Source of the DNA: the human T2T-CHM13v2.0 reference genome, Homo sapiens
NCBI RefSeq assembly: GCF_009914755.1
Contig: NC_060933.1
Reading direction: 5' to 3' (one strand)
Length of the DNA: 64,000 nt
Made by a program: the position numbers and the translations under genes. Shown in pieces: positions 40,900 through 52,509 of the stretch. Below the pieces are notes generated by a model. It saw nothing but the letters and a program-made list of their open reading frames with translations, did not search any database and had not been told where the DNA came from. The stretch's first letter is position 1. Every line of letters begins with the position of its first letter.

Positions 40900-41400
40900 A
40901 TGATTATTCAGTGTGCCAGCCACCATGCTCGGCACTGGTTCCTACCTGCAGGGTAGTCTGTAGGGAGCACAGAGCACAAGAAGAGGAGAAATGATCAAGA
41001 AGCTGCACGGGAGAAGGAGGGAGTGGGGAACTCCCGCAGCAGGTACCACTTTGGGGCATCCTAGCACAGTGTCCCTACTCTCAGGGATTTTCAGAGTAGT
41101 GGGGAAAGGTGAAACAGGGGTTGGAACAGACAAAACTCAGCTTGGGGGACAAGGGAAGTTTCCATAAGATGACTCTAAAAGAAGTTGATGGTGGAAATAG
41201 AGAAAAGTATGAAAATCCATGAGTCTTCTGGGTGGAAGAAACAGAACGATTCCAAGGAATGAGGAAATGCAATGTTTTGAAATTTTCTGGTCTGGAGGAC
41301 ATGCAGGATAGAATGGTTCCTGAGAAATCAGGGGCAGGAAAGTCATAGTGAGAGGTGCAGTTTGGGAGATGATGTTTTTGAGGGGACAAGAGGATACCCC
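40900..41400 (-). mobile_element. L2 fragment
   Basis: gtgtgccagccaccatgctcggcactgg followed by a purine-rich L2-like body. Confidence 0.45.
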
Positions 41401-41698
41401 TTTTTTCTTATGAAAAACTCATGTCCCCAACTCTCTTTTCTTACAGTTTGGCAAGGTCCAGAGGCAAGTACATTCCAGTCTCATTTGTCACATGCAGAGA
41501 CAACATTACTCTTTGAAACAAATATCCTATACTTTGGATACCAGCTTCATCAAGAAAAAGGCTGATATTCATCTATGAAAATTAAATGGCCTTACTCATA
41601 TTTTTGCACTGAAGAAGAGCTAGCCCTTCTCTGCATGAAGGCTAGTCCTAGGGGTGGCTGAGACAAACACTCAGCTAAAGGTCCCGAAAGTTCTAGAG

Positions 41699-41889
41699 CT
41701 GTGTTGTGCAATGTGGTAGCCACAAGCTTTATGGGACTGTTGAAATTCAAATTAAAATTAAACAAAATTAGAAATGCATTTCCTCAGTCACATTAGACAT
41801 CTTTCAAGTGCTCAACAGCCAAGTGTGCCTAGTGTCTACCATATTGGGTAGTGCAGATGTAGAATAGAAAGTTCTTTTGGATAACACCG
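41699..41889. mobile_element. MER3-like hAT-Charlie MITE
   Basis: tgtgcaatgtggtagccac...ttcctcagtcacattagacatctttcaagtgctcaacagcc...ttggataacac. Confidence 0.7.
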
Positions 41890-41897
41890 TTCTACGA

Positions 41898-42106
41898 TGG
41901 GATGGGTAAACTTTTTTCTAAAAGTGCCAGATTTAATATTTTCAGCTTGCAAGTCACATGATCTGTCACAACTACTCAACAATATCATTAAAGTGTGAAA
42001 GCAGCCATACACAATCTGTAAATGAGTGGGTATGATGGCTTCATTCCAAGAAAAATATTTAGAAAAACAGGTGGCCAGCCCATGGGCCGTAGTTCACTGG
42101 CCCAGG
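41898..42106. mobile_element. MER58A-like hAT-Charlie MITE
   Basis: ggtaaacttttttctaaaag...caactactcaac...aaagcagccatacacaatctgtaaatgagtggg. Confidence 0.75.
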
Positions 42107-42573
42107 TCTAGAACGTAGAGCAAAACACACACATTTTAACCTGGAGTATATTAAGGAAAGGTTTTCATGTCTATTATGCCAAGAAAATGAACCTAACATT
42201 TAATTTTGAGCCTACCTGACTTAATGTGGAAAAAGACCCCTAAGTATGTGAATAAAATAATCAGTTAATAAATTTAGTCTTGTCTATTTGATTATTAAGG
42301 AAAGTCTGTGAAAACAATGGTTTGGGTTTTATCATAATTGATGAGGGACTATTCTTTATGATCTTGATTAGCCAGATGATGTGAACTGTCTGACACGGCT
42401 TCTAGTTTGTGGTAGTTAGACTGTATCATCAGCAAAGACAGCGATTATTGTCTTCTTGGTTAACAGGGCAAATCAAGTATCAATTATAACATAATGATAA
42501 TGACTGCTATCTTAACACATGTGGTTTTATACATTTTTTTTGTAAAAAAATATGTTGGCTTCTAATTCTTTAC

Positions 42574-42733
42574 CTAAGGGTATAGACTATGTTCAAAGTG
42601 ATGTCCGATTAATACATCACTTTAGTGACACATTAGTACAGTGTCAGCACTAAACAGGTTCAACAAGATAGCTTGGACATCACGGGTTGATGTTTTAATG
42701 TTCTTCAAGTCATCTTCTGCCACACCAGAAAAC
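42574..42733 (-). pseudogene. REXO6P: REXO1-like pseudo-exon H (ExoII motif; 24-bp insertion, two stops)
   Basis: ggtag|GTTT...CTTAG|gtaaag, 160 bp. FSGVAEDDLKNIKTSTRDVQAILLNLFSADTV[LMCH*SDV]LIGHHFEHSLYP* versus recalled REXO1 [46 protein letters not shown]. Confidence 0.93.
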
Positions 42734-43740
42734 CTACCCCAAGATGACATATAATAGCATATAAAAATTTAACTCCATGAATTTTATCAGTTATAGTTAG
42801 AACACATTATTGACCCAATGTGACAAACAGCTGAATGAAACAAAGATCTTATCTGCATGACTGTCAACTACCTCTCTGCTAGTTTACATTGGTAAACTAG
42901 GAAAATTTATCATTTGGTTCCATAATGCAAGGCTGAGGGGAGAATACATTATTACAAGTTCAGAGTTCCTGTTGAATTCTGATCTTTGCATAATCTGAAT
43001 TTTATTCAATACCATTTGTTAAGTATCCTGTCTCCCAGTAACATAAGCCTAAAGACAAAATATGGGTAGCATGGTCGAACAGATGGAGCCCTGGGCAGAT
43101 TCTAGAAAACCTGGGTTTGAACTATGCTTTGATCTGCCATTTACTTACTATATGTTATTTTCAGGTAGTTATTTAATCTTCTGGTCTCAGTCTGCTCTTC
43201 TGTAAAGTAGGGATAATTACCAACCTACTAGTTTATGAGGACCCAATGAAAATGCATGCAGGAAAGTGACTACTCTAGTGGCTTTCATAAAGCACACACT
43301 AAAATAAATATTTAGAACTCAGCTACTGCTAAGGGAGAAAAATACTGCACAAGTATTTTTAACTGAAACTATATGGTGATATTGTCTTTTGTAAGGAGCA
43401 AAAGATACCTGGCTCCATTACTTGGCTTAGTTAGGGAATATGACACATAGTTAATAAGACATTTAGATCAAGAAGAAGTTAGCATAGATGGAGTGCATGG
43501 GTTTGTTTAAAAATATTTTCTAAAGAATGTAATGCATCAAATGCATTTGAATGTTTTCAAGATTCAAAGGTTTTTGTTTTGTTTTGTTTTGTTTTTTAAC
43601 TAATGTCAGCCCTTCAGTTCTCATTTTGTCATTATGAATATCAATAGTTACCTATTTCCTGATTCGTTCCAAAAAAAGGAATTAGGGAAGATTCTATTAA
43701 ACTCATGGAAGAATAAGAACAAATAAGGGTATAATAGATG

Positions 43741-46363
43741 GGAGGGCTGGCAAGATGGCTGAACAGGAACAGCTCCAGTCTGCAGCTCCCAGTGAGATCG
43801 ACGCAGAAGGCGGGTGATTTCTGCATTTCCAACTGAGGTATCCGGTTCACCTCACTGGGACTGGTTGGAGAGTGGGTGTAGCCCACGGAGGATGAGCTGA
43901 AGCAGGGTGGGGCATCGCCTCACCTGGGAAGTGAAAGGGGTTGGGGGATTTCCCTCCCCTAGCCAAGGGAAGCCATGAGAGACTGCACCTGGAGGAACGG
44001 TGCACTCCAGCCGAGATACTGTGCTTTTCCCATAGTCTTTGCAACCGGCAGACCCGGAGATTCCCTCTGGTGCCTACCCTACCAGGGCCCTGGGTTTCAA
44101 GCACAAAACTGGGTGGCTGGGCGGACACCAAGCTAGATGCAGGAGTTTTTTTTTTTTTTTTTTTTTTTTTCCATACCCCAGTGGCACCTGGAATGCCAGC
44201 GAGACAGAACCATTCACTCCCCTGGAAAGGGGGCTGAAGCCAGGGAGCCAAGTGGTCTGGCTTGGCGGGTCCCACCCCCATGGAGTCCAGCAAGCTAAGA
44301 TCCACTGGCTTGAAATTCTCACTGACAACACAGCAGTCTAAGGTCGACCTGGGATGCTCAAGCTTGGTGCGGGGAGGGGCGTCCACCATTACTGAGGCTT
44401 GAGTATGGGGTTTCCCCCTCACGGGGTAAACAAACCCACTGGGAAGTTCAAACTGGGCGGAGCCAACCGCAGTTCAACAAGGCCGCTGCGGCCAGACTGC
44501 CTCTCTAGATTCCTCCTCTCTCAGCAGATCATCTCTGAAAAAAAGGCAGCAGCCCCAGTTAGGACTTATAGATAAAACCCCCATCTCCCTGGGACAGAGC
44601 ACCTAGTGTAAGGAGTGGCTGTGGGCGCAGCTTCAGCCGATTTAAATGTCCCTGCCTGACAGCCCTGAAGAGAGCAGCGGATCTCTCAGCACAGCATTTG
44701 AGGGACAGACTGCCTCCTCAAGTGGGTCCCTGGCCCCCATGTATCCTGACTGGGAGACACCTCACAGCAGGGTTCGACAGACACTTCATAAAAAAGAGCT
44801 CCAGCTGGCATCTGGCAGGTGCCCCTCTGGGGTGAAGCTTCCAGAGGAAGGAACAGGCAGAAATCTTTGCTGTTCTGCAGCCTCCGCTAGTGATACCCAG
44901 GCAAAAAGGGTCTGGAGCGGACCTCCAGCAAACTCCAGCAGACCTGCAGCAGAGGGTCCGGACTTTTAGATGGAAAACTAACAAACAGAAAGGAATAGTA
45001 TCAACATCAACAAAAAGGACATCCAAAGACACCATTTGAAGGTCACCAACATCAAAGGCCAAACAAAGGTAGATAAATCCACAAAGATGGGGAGAAACCA
45101 GCGCAAAAAGGCTGAAAATTCCAAAAACCAGAATGCCTCTTCTCCTCCAAAGGATCACAACTCCTCACCAGCAAGGGAACAAAACTGTGGGTAATAAAAA
45201 ACTCCTCTGAGCTAAAGGAGCATGTTCTAACCCAACGCAAGAAAGCTAAGAACCTTGAAAAAAGGTTAGACGAATTGCTAACTAGAATAACCAGTTTAGA
45301 GAAGAACATAAATGACCTGATGGAGCTGAGAAATGCACAGTACGAGAAGTTTGTGATGCATACACAAGTATCAATAGCTGAATCGACCAAGCGGAAGAAA
45401 GGATATCAAAGATCGAAGATCAACTCAATGAAAGTGAGAAGATTAGAGAAAAAAGAGTGAAAAGAAACAAACAAAGCCTCCAAGAAATATGGGACTATGT
45501 GAAAAGACCAAATGTATGTTTGATTGGTGTACCTGAAAGAGATGAGAGGAATAGAAACAAGTTGGAAAACTCTTCAGGATATTATCCAGGAGAACTTCCT
45601 CAACCTAGCAAGGCAACTCAACATTTAAATTGAGGAAATACAGAGAACACCACAAAGATACTCCTCGATAAGAGCAACCCCAATACACGTAACTGTTAGA
45701 TTCACCAAGGTTGAAATGAAAGAAAAAATGTTAAGGGCAGCCAGAGGGAAAGGTTGGGTTACCCACAAAGGGAAGCCGATCAGACTAACAGCAGATCTCT
45801 CTGTAGAAACCCTACAAGCCAGAAGAGAGTGGGGGACAAAATTCAACATTCTTAAAGGGAAGAATTTTCAACTTGAGAAGATTAGAGAAAAAAGAGTGAA
45901 AAGAAACAAGTGGCAGAATTTCCTGTTCAGCCAAACTAAGCTTCATAAGCGAAGGAGAAATAAATTCCTTTACAGACAAGCAAATGCTGAGAGATTTTGC
46001 CACCACCAGGCCTGCCTTACAAGAGCTTCCAAAGGAAGCGCTAAACATGGAAAGGAACAACTGGTACCGGCCACTGAAAAAACATACCAAATTCTAAAGA
46101 CCACTGATGCTATTAAAAAACCGCATCAACTACTGGGAAAAATAACCAGCTAGCATCACAATGACAGGATCAAATTAACACATAACAATATTAACCTTAA
46201 ATGTAAATGGGCCAAATGCCCCAATTAAAAGACACAGACTGGCAAATCAGATAAGGAGTCAAGACCCATCAGTGTGCTGTATTCAGGAGACCCATCTCGC
46301 ATGCAAAGACACACATAGGCTCAAAATAAAGGGATGGAGGAATATTTACCAAACAAATGGAAG

Positions 46364-46401
<38 letters not shown>

Positions 46402-49400
46402 CAGGGATTGCAATCCTAGTCTCTGATAAAACAGACTTTAAACCAACAAAGATCAAAAGAAACAAAGAAGGGCACTGCATGATGGTAAAGGGATCAATGC
46501 ACCAAGAACTGCTATCTATCCTAAATATATACGCACCCAATACAGGAGCACCCAGATTCATAAAGCAAGTTTCTAGAGATCTATAGAGAGACTTAGACTC
46601 CCACATAATAATAGTGGGAGACTTTAACACTCCGTTGTCAATATTAGACAGATCAACGAGACAAAATTAACAAGGATATTCAGGACTTCATCTCGGCTCT
46701 GGACCAAGTGCACCTAATAGACATCTATAGAACTCTCCACACCATATCAACAGAATATACATTATTCTCAGCACCTCATCGCACTTATTCTAAAATCTAC
46801 CACATAATTGAAAGTAAAAGAATGCAAATCATAACAGTCTCTCAGACCACAGTGCAATCAAGTTAGAATTCAGGATTAAGAAACTCACTCAAAACCCTAC
46901 AACTACATGGAAACTGAACAACCTGCTCCTGAATGACTACTGGGTAAATAACAAAATGAAAACAGAAATAAAGATTTTCTTTGAAACCAATGAGAACAAA
47001 GATACAATGTACCAGAATCTCTAGGACACATTTGACATATTTAAAGCAGTGTGTAGAGGGAAATTTATAGCAGTAAATGCCCACAAGAGAAAGCAGGAAA
47101 GATCTAAAAATCAACAACCTAACATCACAATTAAAAGAACTAGAGAAGCAACAGCAAACAAATTCAGAAGCTAGCAGCAGACAAGAAATAACTAAGATCA
47201 GAGCAGAACTGAAGGACCTAGAGACACGAAAAACCCTTCAAAAAATTCAATGAATCCAGTAGGTGTTTTGAAAAGATAAAAAAAATAGACCACTAGCCAG
47301 ACTAATAAAGAAGAGAGAAGAATGAAATAGACAAAAAAAAGTTGATAAAGGGGTTATCACCACCGATCCCAGAGAAATACAGACTACCATCAGAGAATAC
47401 TATAAACACCTCTACGCAAATAAACTGAAAAAACTAGAAGAAATGGATATATTCCTGGACACATACCCCCTCCCAAGTCTAAACCAGGAAGAAGTCAAAT
47501 CCCTGAATAGACCAATAACAAGTTTTGAAATTGAGGCAGTAATTTACAGCCTACCAACCAAAAAAAGTCCAGGACCAGATGGATTCACAACCAGATTCTA
47601 CCAGAGGTACAAAGAGGAGCTGGTACCATTCCTTCTGAAACTATTCCAAACAATAGAAAAAGAGGGAATCCTCCCTAACTCATTTTACAAGGCCAACATC
47701 CTCTGATACCCAAACCTGGCAGAGACACAACAAAAAAAGAAAATTTCAGGCCAATATCCCTGATGAACATCAATGCAAAAATCCTCCATAAAATACTGGC
47801 AAACCAAATCCAACAGCACACCAAAAAGCTTATCCACCATCATCAAGTGGGCTTCATCCCTGGGATGGAAGGCTGGTTCAATATATGCAAATCAATAATC
47901 GTAATCCATCACATGAACAGAACCAATGAAAAAAACCACATGATTATCTCAATAGATGCAGAAAAGGCCTTCGACAAAATTCAAGACCCCTTCATGCAAA
48001 AAGCTCTCAATAAACTAGGTATCGATGGAACTTATCTCAAAATAATAAGAGCTATTTATGACAAACCCACAGCCAACATACTGAATGCGCAAAAACTGGA
48101 AGCATTCCCTTTAAAAACCGGCACAAGACAAGGACACCCTCTCTCACCCCTCCTATTCAACATAGTATTGGAAGTTCTGGACAGGGCAATCAGGCAAGAG
48201 AAAGATATAAAGTGTATTCAAATAGGAGGAGAGGAAGTCAAATTGTCTCTGTTTGCAGATGATATGGTCATGTATTTAGAAAACCCCATTGTCTCAGCCC
48301 AAAATCTCCTTAAGCTGATAAGCAACTTCAGCAAAGTCTCAGGATACAAAATCAACGTGCAAAAATCACAAGCATTCTTTTTTTTTTTTTTTTTTTTTGA
48401 GACGGAGTCTCGCTCTGTCGCCCAGGCTGGAGTGCAGTGGCGCGATCTCGGCTCACTGCCATTCTTATACACCAATAACAGACAAACAGAGAGCCAAATC
48501 ATGAGTGACATCCCATTCACAATAGCTACAAAGAGAATAAAATACCTGGGAATCCAACTTACAAGGGATGTGAAGGACCTCTTCAAGGAAAACTACAAAC
48601 CACTGCTTAAGGAAATAAGAGAGGACACAAACAAATGGAAAAACATTCCATGCTCATGAATAGGAAGAATCAATGTCGTGAAAATGGCCATATTGTCCAA
48701 AGTAATTTATAGATTCAATGCTATCCCCATCAAGCTACCACTGACTTTCTTCACAGAATTGGAAAAAACTACTTTAACGTTCATATGGAACCAAAAAAAG
48801 AGCCTGCATAGCCAAGACAATCCTGGGCAAGGAGAACAAAGGTGGAGGCATCACGCTACCTGACTTCAAACTATACTACAAGGCTACAGTAACAAAACAG
48901 CATGGTACTGGTACCAAAACAGATATATAGACCAATGGAACAGGACAGAGGTCTCAGGAATAACACCACACATCTACAACCATCTGTTCTTTGACAAACC
49001 TGACACAAACAATGGGGAAAAGATTCCCTATTTAATAAATGGTGTTGGGAAAACTGGCTAGCCATATGCAGAAAACTGAAATTGGACCCCTTTCCTTACA
49101 CCTTATACAAAAATCAACTCGAGATGGATCAAAGACTTAAACGTAAGACCTAGGACTATAAAAATCCTGGAAGAAAACCTGGGCAATACCATTGAGGACA
49201 TAGGCATGGGCAAAGACTTCATGTCTAAAACACCAGAAGCAATGGCAACAAAAGCGAAAATAGACAACTGGGATCTAATTAAACTAAAGAGCTTCTGCAC
49301 AGCAAAATAAACTATCATCAGTATGAAGAGGCAACCTGCAGAATGGGAGAAAATTTTTGCAATCTATCCATCTGACAAAGGGCTAATATCCAGAATCTAC

Positions 49401-50264
49401 AAGGACTTCAACAAATTTACAAGAAAAAAAAAACCACCAAAAAATGGGCAAAGGATATGAACAGACACTTCTCAAAAGAGGACATTTATGCAGCCAACAG
49501 ACATATGAAAAAATGCTCATCATCACTGGTCATTAGAGAAATGCAAATCAAAACCACAATGAGATACCATCTCACGCCACTTAGAATGGTGATCATTAAA
49601 AAGTCAGGAAACAATAGATGCTGGAGAAGATGTGGAGAAATAGGAATGCTTTTACACTGTTGGTGGGAGTGTAAACTAGTTCAACCATTGTGGAAGACAG
49701 TATTGCAATTCCTCAAGGATCTAGAACCAGAAATACCATTTGACCCACCAATCCCATTACTGGGTATATACCCAAAGGATTATAAATCATTCTACTATAA
49801 AAACACTTGCACACTTATGTTTGTTGTGGCACTGTTCACAATAGCGAAGACTTGGAACCAACCCAAATATCCACCAATGATCGACTGGATAAAGAAAATG
49901 TGGCACATATACACCATGGAATAAAAAATGATGAGTTCATGTCCTTTGCAGGGACATGGATAAAGCTGGAAACCATCATTCTCAGGAAACTATCACAAGA
50001 ACAGAAAACCAAACGCCGCATGTTCTCACTCATAAGTGGGATATGAACAATGAGAACACATGGACACAGGGAGGGGAAAAACACACATCAGGGCCTGTTG
50101 GTGGGTGGGGAGCTAGGGGAGGGATAACATTAGGAGAAATACCTCATGTAAGTGACAGGTTGACGGGTGCAGCAAACCACCATGGCACGTGTATACCTTT
50201 GTAACAAAACTGCACGTTCTGCACATGTACCCCAGAATTTAAAGTATAATAACAATAATAAAAA
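43741..50264 (+). mobile_element. Full-length L1 (L1PA7/8-like), disrupted, no clear TSD
   Basis: 5'UTR gggctggcaagatggctgaacagg, ORF1/ORF2 remnants, 3'UTR and A-rich tail. Confidence 0.95.
48380..48459 (-). mobile_element. 5'-truncated young Alu (AluY-like) inside L1 ORF2
   Basis: T-run plus gagacggagtctcgctctgtcgcccaggctggagtgcagtggcgcgatctcggctcactgc. TSD cattctt at 48373-48379 and 48460-48466. Confidence 0.92.
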
Positions 50265-50972
50265 GATCTTAAGCTGGAAAATGGAATACTGTCTTCTATC
50301 TTTAGTATAAGGAAATGCCACAAATCTTCTTTCCAAATATACAATGGGGAATAAAAACTTATCTTATGTTTTATTAAAGATGACTATTCATATGTTTGAC
50401 ATGTACAAAGCACTTTCCTATATTTTAGCATATCTGATTTTCATAGTCACTATGGGGTTGTTACTGACTCCATAATTTACAGCTTAGAGCATCTAAGAGA
50501 CTTGCTCAGAAGGTCACAGCTAGTAGAACTTTCCAGGTCTTGTAATTCCAAATTCTGTTTTCCCCACTTTTTAGCACTGATTCTTATGTAAAGGAACATA
50601 AGTCCCTATAAAGATTTTATTGTCTCTAGAAATGATTTTGCCAAAAGCATTAAAGCTTTTATGCTGATTATTTTTCACTCACATAATTTCAGCAATTTGA
50701 TGAGTAGAATTACCACTATTTGTATATTTTAGAAATTTGACCGATAAAAAGACACTCAGGACAGTTCCTGGCTCCATCGCTCTAGGTGCGTGAACTTAAC
50801 CAATTCACTAACTCTTCTCAGCTTTAATGGCTTCATCTGAAAATTTGTGAACAACCAATGCAGCACTGTGTCGTCAAGGAATAAGGCCCTGGAAACCCTT
50901 CTACCAGGTAGACTGCTACACAATCATTCAGTCATAATAACCACAGTAAAGTAAAATATAAAACCAACATAC

Positions 50973-51080
50973 CATCTCACAACTTACTGCAAACACACGG
51001 TGATTACCATCAGCAGGTGGGAACTTGACAAAAGTCTTCACAAAGCCCTTTAGGTTTTCTTTGTGGTCATGAACATGAAG
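50973..51080 (-). pseudogene. REXO6P: REXO1-like pseudo-exon F (ExoI motif)
   Basis: tttcag|CTT...GAGATG|gtatgt, 108 bp. LHVHDHKENLKGFVKTFVKFPPADGNHRVFAVSCEM versus recalled REXO1 QHVQDGRKERLEGFVKTFEK...GIYALDCEM. Confidence 0.92.
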
Positions 51081-51255
51081 CTGAAACAAACATTGTCAAA
51101 TAAATTACTGTTTTTTCTAAGTACAATTAGGCTCATAAAATGTCATCAACTGAAAATTAGTTAATTTTTTCAAAAGCTTATCCATCACCAAGGCCTGTGT
51201 TGGAGGCTACAACTTGGTTTCTGAAACAGGCAGCACTTTGGGTGACAAGTCCTAC

Positions 51256-51329
51256 CTTGGCGACCTGACACCGGGGCGATCCAAGGAAACCTCCACAACA
51301 GCCGTATTGAGATTCAAAGCCACTGAGGA
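51256..51329 (-). pseudogene. REXO6P: REXO1-like pseudo-exon E
   Basis: ttacag|TC...GCCAAG|gtagga, 74 bp. (V)LSGFESQYGCCGGFLGSPRCQVAK versus recalled REXO1 [25 protein letters not shown]. Confidence 0.92.
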
Positions 51330-52509
51330 CTGTAAACCAACCGAAAAAATAAAAATCAAAACAAGCTTTACAAGGCAGAGTGACTAACTCTCATGAACAT
51401 GCATTTTCTTTGACCCTTAAAGAGCTTTAAGGACTCTACTGTGCAAATATTTTTAAGTCACCTCTCTTCAGTTACTTTTTTAGATATTGCATAATAGACA
51501 AAAATCTATTCCGATAAGCAGAGTTCTCACGGGCCATGCTTGAAGGTGAATTATAATTGCTAATGTTGTGAACACCTTTCTTCCCCTCTTTTTATCATTT
51601 GCCCTGGCCCATCAGCTCTCCTCTGGCTTCCTTACTTTATCCTGCATTGACTGGTTTGACAGTCAAACCACTTCAATCATCCTCTCAACATCTACTCTTA
51701 CTCCCTGACCTTTTCTTTCTGCTAGAACCTTCTGTATGACTAGTTCCAACTACCACCTTCTCCATTCCTGTATCCAGATTTTTATCTAACCCAAGAAAAA
51801 TCACCCAGTTATGCAGACTGAGACCACAATACAGATGTTGGCTCCAACCTTGGCTGGACCTTCAAAGTCCTGATGCCTTCGGCTTTTGCATCCTTCGCCA
51901 GACACCTTGCACGTTCTTCGCAGCAATAATCTCAATACTTCATATCTCTTTTCTTACCCTACTCCTATCATCCACCTCATCCATACCCTTACCTACCCTG
52001 AGCCCTTCTGTCTGGCCCTAGGAAATATTCTCCCAATTGCTCCCTAACAAGTCCCTCTGCCTCCAGGGAGTTTTTGCACTAGTTTTTGCACTAGTTTTTC
52101 TAGTAAAAACTGCCATACAAAGCCCTTTCTACAAAATGGTAAGAAAAGCTCAGGGTGTAAAAGTAACGTGCCCGGGAAAGCAAGCAGCAGAACAGCCCCA
52201 ACTCTCAGCTCTGCTGGCTCCGAAGTCCCTGTTCTGCCCATTATCCTGTATGGTCCCATCAGCCCAACTGGTTTGTTTGCTACACTTATTCTTCCTCAGC
52301 ATCTTCCCTCCTTGTTCGTCTTCTTGGAATTCACAGTCTCCCACTTTCCCAAACTAAGCCCTCCATGCTTTAAAGATGGATTGAGCTTGTCTGATTTACT
52401 TGATGACATTATTTATTCATATATTTTTCCTCCCATGGTTCCCCTCTATTTCCTTTTTATAGGATTTATTACAATATTATCCATAGTTATGTCCACATCT
52501 ACATAAATA

